From NCBI GenBank assembly GCA_963705705.1, contig CAVPKK010000001.1, positions 39,421-103,420 on the forward strand: 64,000 bases of DNA. Reading direction: 5' to 3'. Positions 38,964 to 49,749 of this stretch are shown piece by piece (position 1 is the stretch's first letter; each line of letters starts with the position of its first letter). Source of the stretch: an uncultured bacterium (GTDB lineage Bacteria; Babelota; Babeliae; Babelales; JABCYS01). The translations under genes and the position numbers were made by a program. The notes under the pieces were generated by a model. That model searched no databases, was not told the DNA's origin, and worked only from the letters and a program-made list of their open reading frames with translations.

Positions 38964-39352
38964 ATTAGATGCCTCGCCGGTAATCTAATATCTAATCGCA
39001 ACGCTAGACCAAAATTAGGCTGCCAGACTAGTTCAAAAAAGGCATTTGTGCGGTCATGTGAAAAAATAATGAAGGAAATCTGAACGCGGCGGTGTCCCAG
39101 CTTATTAGTCGCAGGATGGTGAAAAAAGATTTTTCTTACCATCATGGATAGCTATAAAAGATAACAACGAAACCATGGAATAATACGGCTGGGGCGATGG
39201 CGCAAATCAAAGAACAAGAATATGCGGTAAAAATAGCGAACAGCCATATTGGCCCTATTACCGGTTTTGGCATCGCCTGTTATAAAAAGAATATTCTTGT
39301 TTTACAGGACGAACTGTATTATGAACCCTTCGGAGCCGTAGCGGCAATACTA

Positions 39353-40474
39353 TTAATAGCAAAGTTCGCACTTTGTCAGAGGATAGAGTTTAGCGAGATA
39401 TTCAATCGTGGGTTGTGCTTCTGAAAATATCTTCTTTCCTACAGCAGCTTTATCACAATTATGGGTAAGACCATAATGCTTATAAAATGCATGCACAACC
39501 GATTCATATACCTTTTGATCTTCTGGATCATCAATCATATATATTGGATGCAAAGATTTTTTTAGCACAAGTAAATGAATCTTCTTGTGACCACGTTCTT
39601 TGAGTCGTTTGTATAGGCCAATAGTACTTTGAGGCGGGACAAGCCCATCCTTGAGTGAAGTTACAAACAATAGTGGGATATCATCTTTAATGGTTTCGGA
39701 GCTTTTACGAGGATTGATTCCATTTTTTCGATATCTCGACATGCTGAATGACAAGATCTGGTGCAACCGCTCTTCAGCCTCAGGACTTTTATTATCGTAT
39801 AAAAAATGCTTAATACAATGTGGAACTGTATCAAAAATTCCCTCAATAACGGCAGCCTTAACCCTTTCTGGTTTATACTGAGCAATAAAATTAAAGACCG
39901 TTGCGGCACCTCTCGAATCACCATAGAGAACAATGTCAGTCTGCGGATAATCTTTGATATGCTTTTTATAATGCTTGTGCAAAGCCTTGATATCTTTTAT
40001 CTGGCCAATGTTAGCTGCAGCAAATTTAGGCGTAAAGTTAATCACAGACAAATTAGATTTTGGATTATCAATGACACTGATGCCAATTTTTTCGAGGAAA
40101 AAATGCTCTACCAGAGGAAACAGGTCTTGGCGAACACCATTCATAAATGCAGTGAACGGATTTAGGGTAAAACAAGTTGGCTTCCGAAGGTCGACATCTG
40201 GAAATACAACACCGGTATGAGGGTGACCAATCACTTGCCCACCTTTCCGTGCACTAATCTTTTCTCCAGTAGAAGCGGTATATTTCGGGCAATAGCGACC
40301 CATTAGAACTTCCGTAGACATTAATCCAGGCGCGTAGATATAAGAAACGGAATTGCCAGGTATAGTATCCCAAAAGTTATTATCTGTTTTTTCATGAAAT
40401 TCAGCCTTATTTGGCAGCAATCCTGTCAGAAACATTAGTGCCAAGAGGGCAAGACTTTTAAATAATTTGCTCAT
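39353..40474 (-). CDS. Secreted alpha/beta-hydrolase
   Basis: Signal peptide; G-D-S-R-G nucleophile elbow, P.LFV.S..D..VP Asp, downstream His. Confidence 0.8.
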   Translation of the reverse strand: MSKLFKSLALLALMFLTGLLPNKAEFHEKTDNNFWDTIPGNSVSYIYAPGLMSTEVLMGRYCPKYTASTGEKISARKGGQVIGHPHTGVVFPDVDLRKPTCFTLNPFTAFMNGVRQDLFPLVEHFFLEKIGISVIDNPKSNLSVINFTPKFAAANIGQIKDIKALHKHYKKHIKDYPQTDIVLYGDSRGAATVFNFIAQYKPERVKAAVIEGIFDTVPHCIKHFLYDNKSPEAEERLHQILSFSMSRYRKNGINPRKSSETIKDDIPLLFVTSLKDGLVPPQSTIGLYKRLKERGHKKIHLLVLKKSLHPIYMIDDPEDQKVYESVVHAFYKHYGLTHNCDKAAVGKKIFSEAQPTIEYLAKLYPLTKCELCY

Positions 40475-40588
40475 AGATGATTCCCAATGTATTTAATTCG
40501 AATTGCAGAATAACCCTTGTACCGAGAGATTCAAAAGCCTCGCTACAAAAATTATGAAATTAAATGACCATCAGAAAAGTTCCAGGAA

Positions 40589-42756
<2,168 letters not shown>

Positions 42757-43152
42757 CTGCAAACCTTTTTGGCCATTTGATTATGCTTTACCAAATAAAA
42801 TTAAATATTAGCCTACCTAAGGCTACGATAAATTCCATTCAAGTGTCGACTAGCATGATAAATTATGAAGACTACGCAATGTTGAGAAAGATATTAAGCG
42901 GCAAAAGTCAGTTCATTAAATCAGTCCCGCAGATTTCTGGAACTATTCATCCCTACGTGTAGTAACACTTTTAGCAATGGCAATATTGCATCATAGCGAC
43001 AAATTTCTTGCGTCGACGCTAAAACCATTGCATCTACATGTCCCGCCATTTTATCTTCCAGAGGTATTAATCCGCCTACGCTCGTGCTTGGAGAAATAAT
43101 ATAATTTCTGGCGATGAGCGAAGGCAGGCGACTTAAGTCGAAGGAGTTTGTC

Positions 43153-43980
43153 ATGTTTCATGGGTTGCAAAATATATTGACCTGCTGGTATTTAATCGGC
43201 TGGCGAATGGCTGTTGAAGTCTTATTCTTTTCTGGCCTTTTCTATTACACCGTGCGTTGGTTAAGCGCTGACAAGCATAAAAACTTGGTGCTCTGGTTTT
43301 ATGGGTATTGCACAGCAGCATTTGGGGCACATATATTGAATTTACCAACCGTAGCTCAATTTCTATTTTTATTCGCCCCAGCAGCGATTATGCTTTTTGC
43401 CCTTGTACATCAAGATGTTTTGCAACGTAATTTTATCGTAGCAAAAAATATTACGCCCGCTCGATCAAATAATGATTGGCTTACTGATTTGATGGGCGTT
43501 TTTCTGGGCACTGTTTCTAAAAATAAACCGGTCATTTGTGTCATTGAAAAAACTGATGCGCTCTGCACCTTGCTTGCCTCACCCCTGACGTTCAATACGC
43601 CGATCCAAAAAAATTTATTAGAAATTCTATTAAACAGCGCAGCTTTTGAATCAAATAAGATGGTTTGGATTAACCATCACGGACAATTAATCGCCCTAAA
43701 TGCTAGCTGGCATGAATTAGATGACTCCTGGTTTGCAGATACCATGACCGACGTAGAAACCTGGAAACAGGATGCAATATTACTCACCAATAAAACTGAT
43801 GCACTCGTATTTAAAATTTCGCCCAATCGCATGGTAGATTTGGTTGCCCAACAGAAAGTCATTGACCAGATTTCGATCAATGAAGCATTGTTGATCATCA
43901 AGCATTATTTGTATGGAAAAGAAAAGGCCGAAAATACCCCTATGCCAAGGAGAGCTAATGAACGTCAGAAATCTGTTTGA
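43153..43980 (+). CDS. CdaA/DacA-like membrane protein with degenerate diadenylate-cyclase domain
   Basis: Three N-terminal TM segments, ALVHQDVL ~ CdaA IVIFQPEL, VIEK, LLEIL, TDALV; DGA and RHR motifs absent; directly upstream of CdaR-like gene and glmM; AAGGAG RBS. Confidence 0.72.
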   Translation: MFHGLQNILTCWYLIGWRMAVEVLFFSGLFYYTVRWLSADKHKNLVLWFYGYCTAAFGAHILNLPTVAQFLFLFAPAAIMLFALVHQDVLQRNFIVAKNITPARSNNDWLTDLMGVFLGTVSKNKPVICVIEKTDALCTLLASPLTFNTPIQKNLLEILLNSAAFESNKMVWINHHGQLIALNASWHELDDSWFADTMTDVETWKQDAILLTNKTDALVFKISPNRMVDLVAQQKVIDQISINEALLIIKHYLYGKEKAENTPMPRRANERQKSV

Positions 43981-44371
43981 ACACAATATTCTCCTCAAAT
44001 TCTTCTCTCTGGCCTTTGGGCTCCTTTTCTGGGCAACCTGGGGTGGCCAGAAGCCGATGACCATAACCTACCAGGTCCCTGTCTGTGGTTTTGGGACCAA
44101 TGCCGAGGTGCTGTCAGACCTACCCGATACGTTGGCCGTCACCCTTCATGGTAACCGCAACGAGCTATATCAGATCGACTTTTCCAAATTGGCCTGGCAC
44201 ATAGATGCCGACAAGCTAGCTGCAGGCCAAAACCACCTAGAACCTACCGCTGAGAGTTTGCTTTTGCCTTCAACCATCAAGGTGCTACACTGGTCGCCCG
44301 CTCCATTGGTTATTTCGATACTTGATCGATCCTTCGACGAGGCTCAGGATGAGCGGGGAGTCCTCGGCTGA
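43958..44371 (+). CDS. CdaR/YbbR-like protein (single domain)
   Basis: N.LLKFFSL.FGLLFW anchor typical of CdaR, PDTL.VTL.G, LP..IKV...SP; AAGGAG RBS before ATG 43958. Confidence 0.7.
   Translation: MNVRNLFEHNILLKFFSLAFGLLFWATWGGQKPMTITYQVPVCGFGTNAEVLSDLPDTLAVTLHGNRNELYQIDFSKLAWHIDADKLAAGQNHLEPTAESLLLPSTIKVLHWSPAPLVISILDRSFDEAQDERGVLG
44328..44356. repeat. REP-like repeat copy inside the 3' end of the CdaR-like gene
   Basis: GATCCTTCGACGAGGCTCAGGATGAGCGG, matching 8336-8363; translated as SFDEAQDER. Confidence 0.6.
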
Positions 44372-44384
44372 GAAAGTACTATAG

Positions 44385-45764
44385 ATGCCCCAAAAACCTG
44401 GCGCCCAGAACTTATTCGGTACCGATGGCATACGTAATGCCATTGGCAGCTCACCCTTTACGACCCAAGAGCTTCATGCCCTTGGCGGCGCAATTGGGAG
44501 TTGGCTGAGCCAAAAATACCCCCAATCACCTTTTATATTACTTGCCCACGACACACGTATCTCCTGCTCATGGGTAAAGGCAGCGCTACAAACTGGCCTT
44601 CTTATGCACCGGGTCAGAATTTTTGATGCCGAAGTATTGCCCACACCGGCAGTATCAAAGTTACTCCAAATTCTTAATCTACAAGGCATGCCAGTTTCCG
44701 TTGGTATCGTAATCTCAGCGTCGCACAACTCCTACGAAGACAACGGCATCAAAATTATTGATGCAAAAAATGGCAAAATTTCTGAAGCCGATGAGTTAGT
44801 TATATCAAGGCTGTTTCATGAGCAGCTCACCGATTGCTGTGCAAGCCATATGCATGGCCATCCGCAAGGCATTAACCAAAATCTTTCTGCCATTCAAGAC
44901 GGTTACGTTCAGGCTATTGAAAAAAAATTCACGCCGGGGTTTCTGCGGGGTAAGAAAATTGTCCTTGATTGTGCGCATGGGGCCACTTCATGGATTGCTC
45001 CCAAGATTTTTGAGCTCCTGGGCGCGACAGTTATTACACTGAACGCTTCCCCTTCGGGCATGAATATTAATGAAAACTGCGGTGCACTTCATCCAGAACA
45101 GCTACAAGCAGCTGTGATTAAAGATAGCGCAGATATCGGCTTCGCCTTTGATGGTGATGGCGACCGAGTGATAGCCGTATCGGCTCAAGGCGAAATCAAA
45201 AATGGCGATGATTTAATAGCCATCCTTACGAAACACCCGAATTATAACCAGGCAACAGTAGTTGGTACCATTATGGCAAATGCAGGTTTCGAGGCGTATC
45301 TCAAAAGTAATGGTAAAGAGCTTCTGCGAACTGCAGTGGGCGATAAATATGTGGCTGAAGCCATGACAGCCAATTCCCTTAAGCTTGGTGGCGAGCAATC
45401 TGGTCATATTATTCTGGGTGATTATTTAAACACTGGCGATGGCATTTTTGCGGCGCTACGTGTCTGTGAAACTCTCGGTATACTTAATGACTGGAGCATG
45501 AATACCTTTACAAAATATCCGCAATACCTAGCCAACGTTGCGGTGAAGACAAAGAAGGATCTGAACGCCGCACCCTTAGCCGATATTATTGCTGCCACAA
45601 AGTCAAAAATTACCGACGGCCGTGTGGTAGTGCGTTATTCGGGTACTGAACCATTATTGCGCATTATGGCCGAAGCACCAACGCAAGAAGAAGCGCAACA
45701 CATTGTACAAAAATTATCTGAGCAACTTGCAGATCAGCTGAAGGATACACTCCATGAATTGTAA
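44385..45764 (+). CDS. glmM: Phosphoglucosamine mutase
   Basis: FGTDGIR, DTRIS, ISASHN, DNGIK, DGDGDR, VGDKYV, GGEQSGH, RYSGTEP. Confidence 0.95.
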   Translation: MPQKPGAQNLFGTDGIRNAIGSSPFTTQELHALGGAIGSWLSQKYPQSPFILLAHDTRISCSWVKAALQTGLLMHRVRIFDAEVLPTPAVSKLLQILNLQGMPVSVGIVISASHNSYEDNGIKIIDAKNGKISEADELVISRLFHEQLTDCCASHMHGHPQGINQNLSAIQDGYVQAIEKKFTPGFLRGKKIVLDCAHGATSWIAPKIFELLGATVITLNASPSGMNINENCGALHPEQLQAAVIKDSADIGFAFDGDGDRVIAVSAQGEIKNGDDLIAILTKHPNYNQATVVGTIMANAGFEAYLKSNGKELLRTAVGDKYVAEAMTANSLKLGGEQSGHIILGDYLNTGDGIFAALRVCETLGILNDWSMNTFTKYPQYLANVAVKTKKDLNAAPLADIIAATKSKITDGRVVVRYSGTEPLLRIMAEAPTQEEAQHIVQKLSEQLADQLKDTLHEL

Positions 45765-47217
45765 TAGTTGCGGTGATTGCAGCCACTGCATACGTCCAAT
45801 CAACTTATTTACCCAATCAACTATTTGTGGAATCGTTGGCCAAGAACCGATGACTCATGAAGTTTTGCATTTTTTGGGAAATGCCATCGGCGCATGGGCG
45901 ATTGAAGAATATGGGCCGGAATCGATCATGCTCATTACACATGATGCAAAGAGCAGCTCACCATGGATACGTGCTTGCTTGGAAACTGGTCTCTTGCGCC
46001 ATCCTCTTTATCTTATTAATGAGAACGTGACGGCAACGGGAATAGCAGCACACATTATTCAGCGGTATCTTGATGAAGATAAAATGATCTCGTGTGGCAT
46101 TATAATCAGTACCGATCACGCATCTTCATTAGCTAATGGTTTCACTATTATCGATGGTGAGACTGGATTGCCCATTGATGAAGAAGACCAGCGAGCAATT
46201 ACTACTCACTATTTTACTATTCATGAAGCATATCACGCTAATGAAGAGGACCTCACGTCAGCACAGCGCGCACCGCATGGAGCACAATGGTTTATTCCGG
46301 ATATAAGCCGTCTGTATATTGAAGACATTCTTACGGAGATTAGCCCAACACCGTTTAAGAAAAAAAAGATTGTTTTGGATTGTGCCGATGGTGCATTATC
46401 GCAAGTAGCGCCCTATATTTTTGAAATGTTTGGTGCAGAAGTTATCCAAATTGATAAAGACAGCATTCAGCATCCAGAAGAGCTCTCTAAAGCAGTTGAG
46501 ACTAATGGAGCACACATTGGTTTTGCCTTTAACAGTGATGGCACTCGTTTAATTGCTGCAGCATCGAATGGCGATATTAAAGATGGCGACGATATGCTAG
46601 CGGTTCTCATGCGTTACACTACAGAACGAATTTTTGTAACGACCGACATGGCAAATCGCGGATTAGATGTATACGCAAAAGAACATGCCGCTGAACTTAA
46701 ACGTATATCAGAGGATCCGATTGCTCTCGGGCGTGCAATAAGCGAGATCGATATAGCACATATGGATGTACAATCACAAGAAGATTCTGGACTATTTATT
46801 GGTGCTACACATGCTGGGCACATTGTGATGAGTGGCTATCATTATATTCCTGATGCATTACTCGCATCATTGCGGATTTGCACTGTGCTGCATAAGACGA
46901 AAAATTGGGCATTTAAAACATTTGAAAAATATCCACGCGTAACGGCTAGTATTCCAATCGAATTCGCTTGGCCGCTTGAAGATGCACCAATTGCTGATGT
47001 GATTGATGCTGCTCGTCGCCGATTCAAAACCGGCCGATTATTCGCCTGGTATGATACTCTTGAAGCGAAGTTGCATATTACCAGTGAACACGCTCAGCAT
47101 GGGATTGCACAGAACGCCGCGATTGAACTTGCTACACAATTGGCTGCTGAATTTGCCAAAAAGAAGATTCAGCAACAGGTGAGCGGACTGAAGGTTGAGC
47201 CCGAGGCATATTCGTAA
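45754..47217 (+). CDS. GlmM paralog with degenerate catalytic motifs
   Basis: Colinear with glmM (KKIVLDCA, IGFAF, KDGDD, F.KYP) but STDHA replaces SASHN, NSDGTR replaces DGDGDR and GATHAGH replaces GGEQSGH. Confidence 0.82.
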   Translation: MNCNSCGDCSHCIRPINLFTQSTICGIVGQEPMTHEVLHFLGNAIGAWAIEEYGPESIMLITHDAKSSSPWIRACLETGLLRHPLYLINENVTATGIAAHIIQRYLDEDKMISCGIIISTDHASSLANGFTIIDGETGLPIDEEDQRAITTHYFTIHEAYHANEEDLTSAQRAPHGAQWFIPDISRLYIEDILTEISPTPFKKKKIVLDCADGALSQVAPYIFEMFGAEVIQIDKDSIQHPEELSKAVETNGAHIGFAFNSDGTRLIAAASNGDIKDGDDMLAVLMRYTTERIFVTTDMANRGLDVYAKEHAAELKRISEDPIALGRAISEIDIAHMDVQSQEDSGLFIGATHAGHIVMSGYHYIPDALLASLRICTVLHKTKNWAFKTFEKYPRVTASIPIEFAWPLEDAPIADVIDAARRRFKTGRLFAWYDTLEAKLHITSEHAQHGIAQNAAIELATQLAAEFAKKKIQQQVSGLKVEPEAYS

Positions 47218-47218
47218 A

Positions 47219-48481
47219 TTATTCTTGGTCAGCTAGCTTAGCCGCCTGCTGCTGTAATCTGCGTTTCATTTTCCAACCAAGCCGGCGAAATATTTTCAAA
47301 GAATGTTGATCTAAAAATTCATCTGCAATCTTATTTTTCTCTGCCACAGTCATCTGAACAAAACTGCGATCATCTTGAATTTCAGCATCTAACGTCTGTC
47401 GTCTTTGAGAACTGCTTGATGCATCGTATGCAGAAACATCAGCCAATAGAAGTAAATCTATTTCCTTGCTATGTGCATCAATCCTTTGCGAAACAATTTC
47501 ATATTGTCGAACCACTTTTTTCGCATCAGCAAGATATAAAACGGTCTTGCCAAACATCCTTACTGCGCTTGGTATTGGCCCCTGCAGCATTTTACGGATA
47601 TCTTGCGTGGAACTTTGCAACTCGTTAAATGTGGTACAGTGGGGTATGTGCTCTAATTCATACACATATGATGCCAAAGTTAATGCTTCCAAAGGTGCAT
47701 TCGGCGCATGTAAAATCTCCAAGGCCAGCTCTGCAGACGATCTCTGGCATTCCAATATGTTGGTGGCAATACATACTGCCAAATAACCGCAGGCAAGAAG
47801 ACGCGCATTACAATTTTTGGTCTGGCTAGCCACCTGTTCAAGCAAAACAAAACCAGCCTTATAGCCTGAATCAGTGATTCCCTGCCCAAGTATGAGCATT
47901 TGGCCTAATCGCATTTTCGCATGCTCAGCGGCAGGATCATTTTTGTTTATCAGATCATTAATGATGGAAAGGCAATATGCTGGATCAAATGAGATACCAG
48001 GACCATTAAAGTAGCAATCCAATATCCGGGCCTTGGCCTCATTTTTTGTTGCGTCATCTATTTCAGCGCAATTGGCGACCTTTTCGATTACCTGCAATGC
48101 TTTTTTTCGTGCTTTTTTCTTCTCATCGCCTTTCAAAAATAATGCCTGCCGTTTCAGAATGTCTGCCAATTGAAAGCAATGCTCATGCACTACAGTCGGA
48201 GTCATGGGAGAAAAGTCATGCGGTATATCTTTTGCACTCTCAGCTATTGGTGAGCAGATTAAAGCGCGAGCTGCCAAACAGTGCGGACAAGTAGCTTCCT
48301 GCTCTCCACATTCAAGTAGATGTTCTTTTAATTCTGCTAAAATTTCGTCAGTGCTCTTTTCTGCCGCCACCTCTTCCTCTATTTCCTGCTGGTCATATGG
48401 TTGCATAGCCGGTGCATTAGTGGCTTGTGCCATCAGTGGCATACATAATAGAATCAATGATAGATACTTGTTGAAATACAT
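47219..48481 (-). CDS. Secreted Sel1/TPR-like helical repeat protein (array member 1)
   Basis: Signal peptide; AKMRLGQMLILGQG...LEQVA.Q...ARLLA..YLA; start set at ATG 48481 after AATGGAG. Confidence 0.75.
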   Translation of the reverse strand: MYFNKYLSLILLCMPLMAQATNAPAMQPYDQQEIEEEVAAEKSTDEILAELKEHLLECGEQEATCPHCLAARALICSPIAESAKDIPHDFSPMTPTVVHEHCFQLADILKRQALFLKGDEKKKARKKALQVIEKVANCAEIDDATKNEAKARILDCYFNGPGISFDPAYCLSIINDLINKNDPAAEHAKMRLGQMLILGQGITDSGYKAGFVLLEQVASQTKNCNARLLACGYLAVCIATNILECQRSSAELALEILHAPNAPLEALTLASYVYELEHIPHCTTFNELQSSTQDIRKMLQGPIPSAVRMFGKTVLYLADAKKVVRQYEIVSQRIDAHSKEIDLLLLADVSAYDASSSSQRRQTLDAEIQDDRSFVQMTVAEKNKIADEFLDQHSLKIFRRLGWKMKRRLQQQAAKLADQE

Positions 48482-48510
48482 GTTGAGACGCTCCATTTAG
48501 ATCGGTAGTC

Positions 48511-49716
48511 TTATATCTTTTCTTTCATTGCCAGGCCAAGTTTATGTAGAAAATGAATGGAGTTTTCTGCGACAATATCATCAATATATTGTCTTTGCAC
48601 ATCACATGAAAGGCCACAGGTAATATCACGTTCCATTTGCCCCGTAATTACCATTTCGCGCATTTGTTGATTAATGACAGGTTCGCTACCAATTTTATCA
48701 GCTTTTAATATAAGTAGTTTGCCCAACAGTTTAACGGGAACAGGCACGGCATAAGCAATCAATTCATGCATAGTTCTTAAGGCATTTCTAAATGTATCGA
48801 TCTCTATGGTGGTCACTGCTTCTTTATACGCAGAAACAAGCTCAGCTAAAGTCCGCGCTTCTAATGAAGCTGTTGTTGATTGCAATACTTCCATATGAAA
48901 GTCAGCTTCAATGACCATTCCTTCTGCGGTATCAAGCGCGTTCAACGCTGCTGCATAGCTCCGGGCTAATAGTCGGGCAGGCATGGAATCTCTTTGCTCT
49001 GCAGCCAATAATAACGCAAATAAACTGGTCTTGCGGGAATAGTCTTGCAAACCCTGGCCCAGGCAACCCATTTGCGCTAAACGCATACGACCTAACCATT
49101 TGCCTCCAGCATTAATAGAGCCACTTTCTAACTCGCCGGCAAGCCGGAATGCTTTTCTGTAATTTCGTATACCTTCTTCTCCGTTAAGATATATGTCGAG
49201 CGCACCAATGAGCACCCAGTTCTTAACGTCTGCAATTTCTGAAGATCTAATCTTTTCATACAATTCTATCGTTTTACGTTGTGCTTTTTCTCGTTCTTCT
49301 TTTGTTTGGGCAATAGCCGCTTGCTTTGCATAGATTCTTGCTATTGAAAACAAAGAAACATCTTTAACGGATTGCGATTCTGATGAAGCAGCCTTCTCAT
49401 AAAAGGAAACAGAAAGCTTTCGTAACCTTTCTTTCTCTTCAGCATTCTGCGCTTCGCCTGATTGCTTGAGATAAAGATCAGCTAACTGTAGATACAGTAC
49501 ATACATCACCGCAGGTGACTCACCAAGTTGGTTTACTGGATGCTGAATATTTTCTTTATCTTCTGATTGCTTGGATTCTTCTTGTTTTTTAAGTTTCTTC
49601 TTCTTTGCAGCGCTATTTTTTTGTTTACTTTGTTCTGTAGCTGCTGGTGCGCTTGTTGCACCCGCAAATGCAGGAATAAGTAATAAGATTAAATATAAGT
49701 AATGTTGTACGTTCAT
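48511..49716 (-). CDS. Secreted Sel1/TPR-like protein (array member 2)
   Basis: Signal peptide then ATSAPA; YLNGEEGIRNY.KA; GRMRLAQMGCLGQG. Confidence 0.75.
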   Translation of the reverse strand: MNVQHYLYLILLLIPAFAGATSAPAATEQSKQKNSAAKKKKLKKQEESKQSEDKENIQHPVNQLGESPAVMYVLYLQLADLYLKQSGEAQNAEEKERLRKLSVSFYEKAASSESQSVKDVSLFSIARIYAKQAAIAQTKEEREKAQRKTIELYEKIRSSEIADVKNWVLIGALDIYLNGEEGIRNYRKAFRLAGELESGSINAGGKWLGRMRLAQMGCLGQGLQDYSRKTSLFALLLAAEQRDSMPARLLARSYAAALNALDTAEGMVIEADFHMEVLQSTTASLEARTLAELVSAYKEAVTTIEIDTFRNALRTMHELIAYAVPVPVKLLGKLLILKADKIGSEPVINQQMREMVITGQMERDITCGLSCDVQRQYIDDIVAENSIHFLHKLGLAMKEKI

Positions 49717-49749
49717 GTTGTTTGCTCCATTAATTCGATTATCAGTTTA

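Noticed and set aside
38964..39352. Short ORFs (38759..39145 minus, 39197..39424 plus, and a 43-aa minus ORF)
   Set aside because: Overlap real genes or lack an RBS and recognisable motifs
39353..39375. C-terminal CELCY of the hydrolase as a prenylation signal
   Set aside because: Cys is not at position -4 and the ending is not CC or CxC
42777..43154. Small ORFs in the divergent region between the nuclease and cdaA-like genes
   Set aside because: No motifs or RBS; they overlap each other on opposite strands
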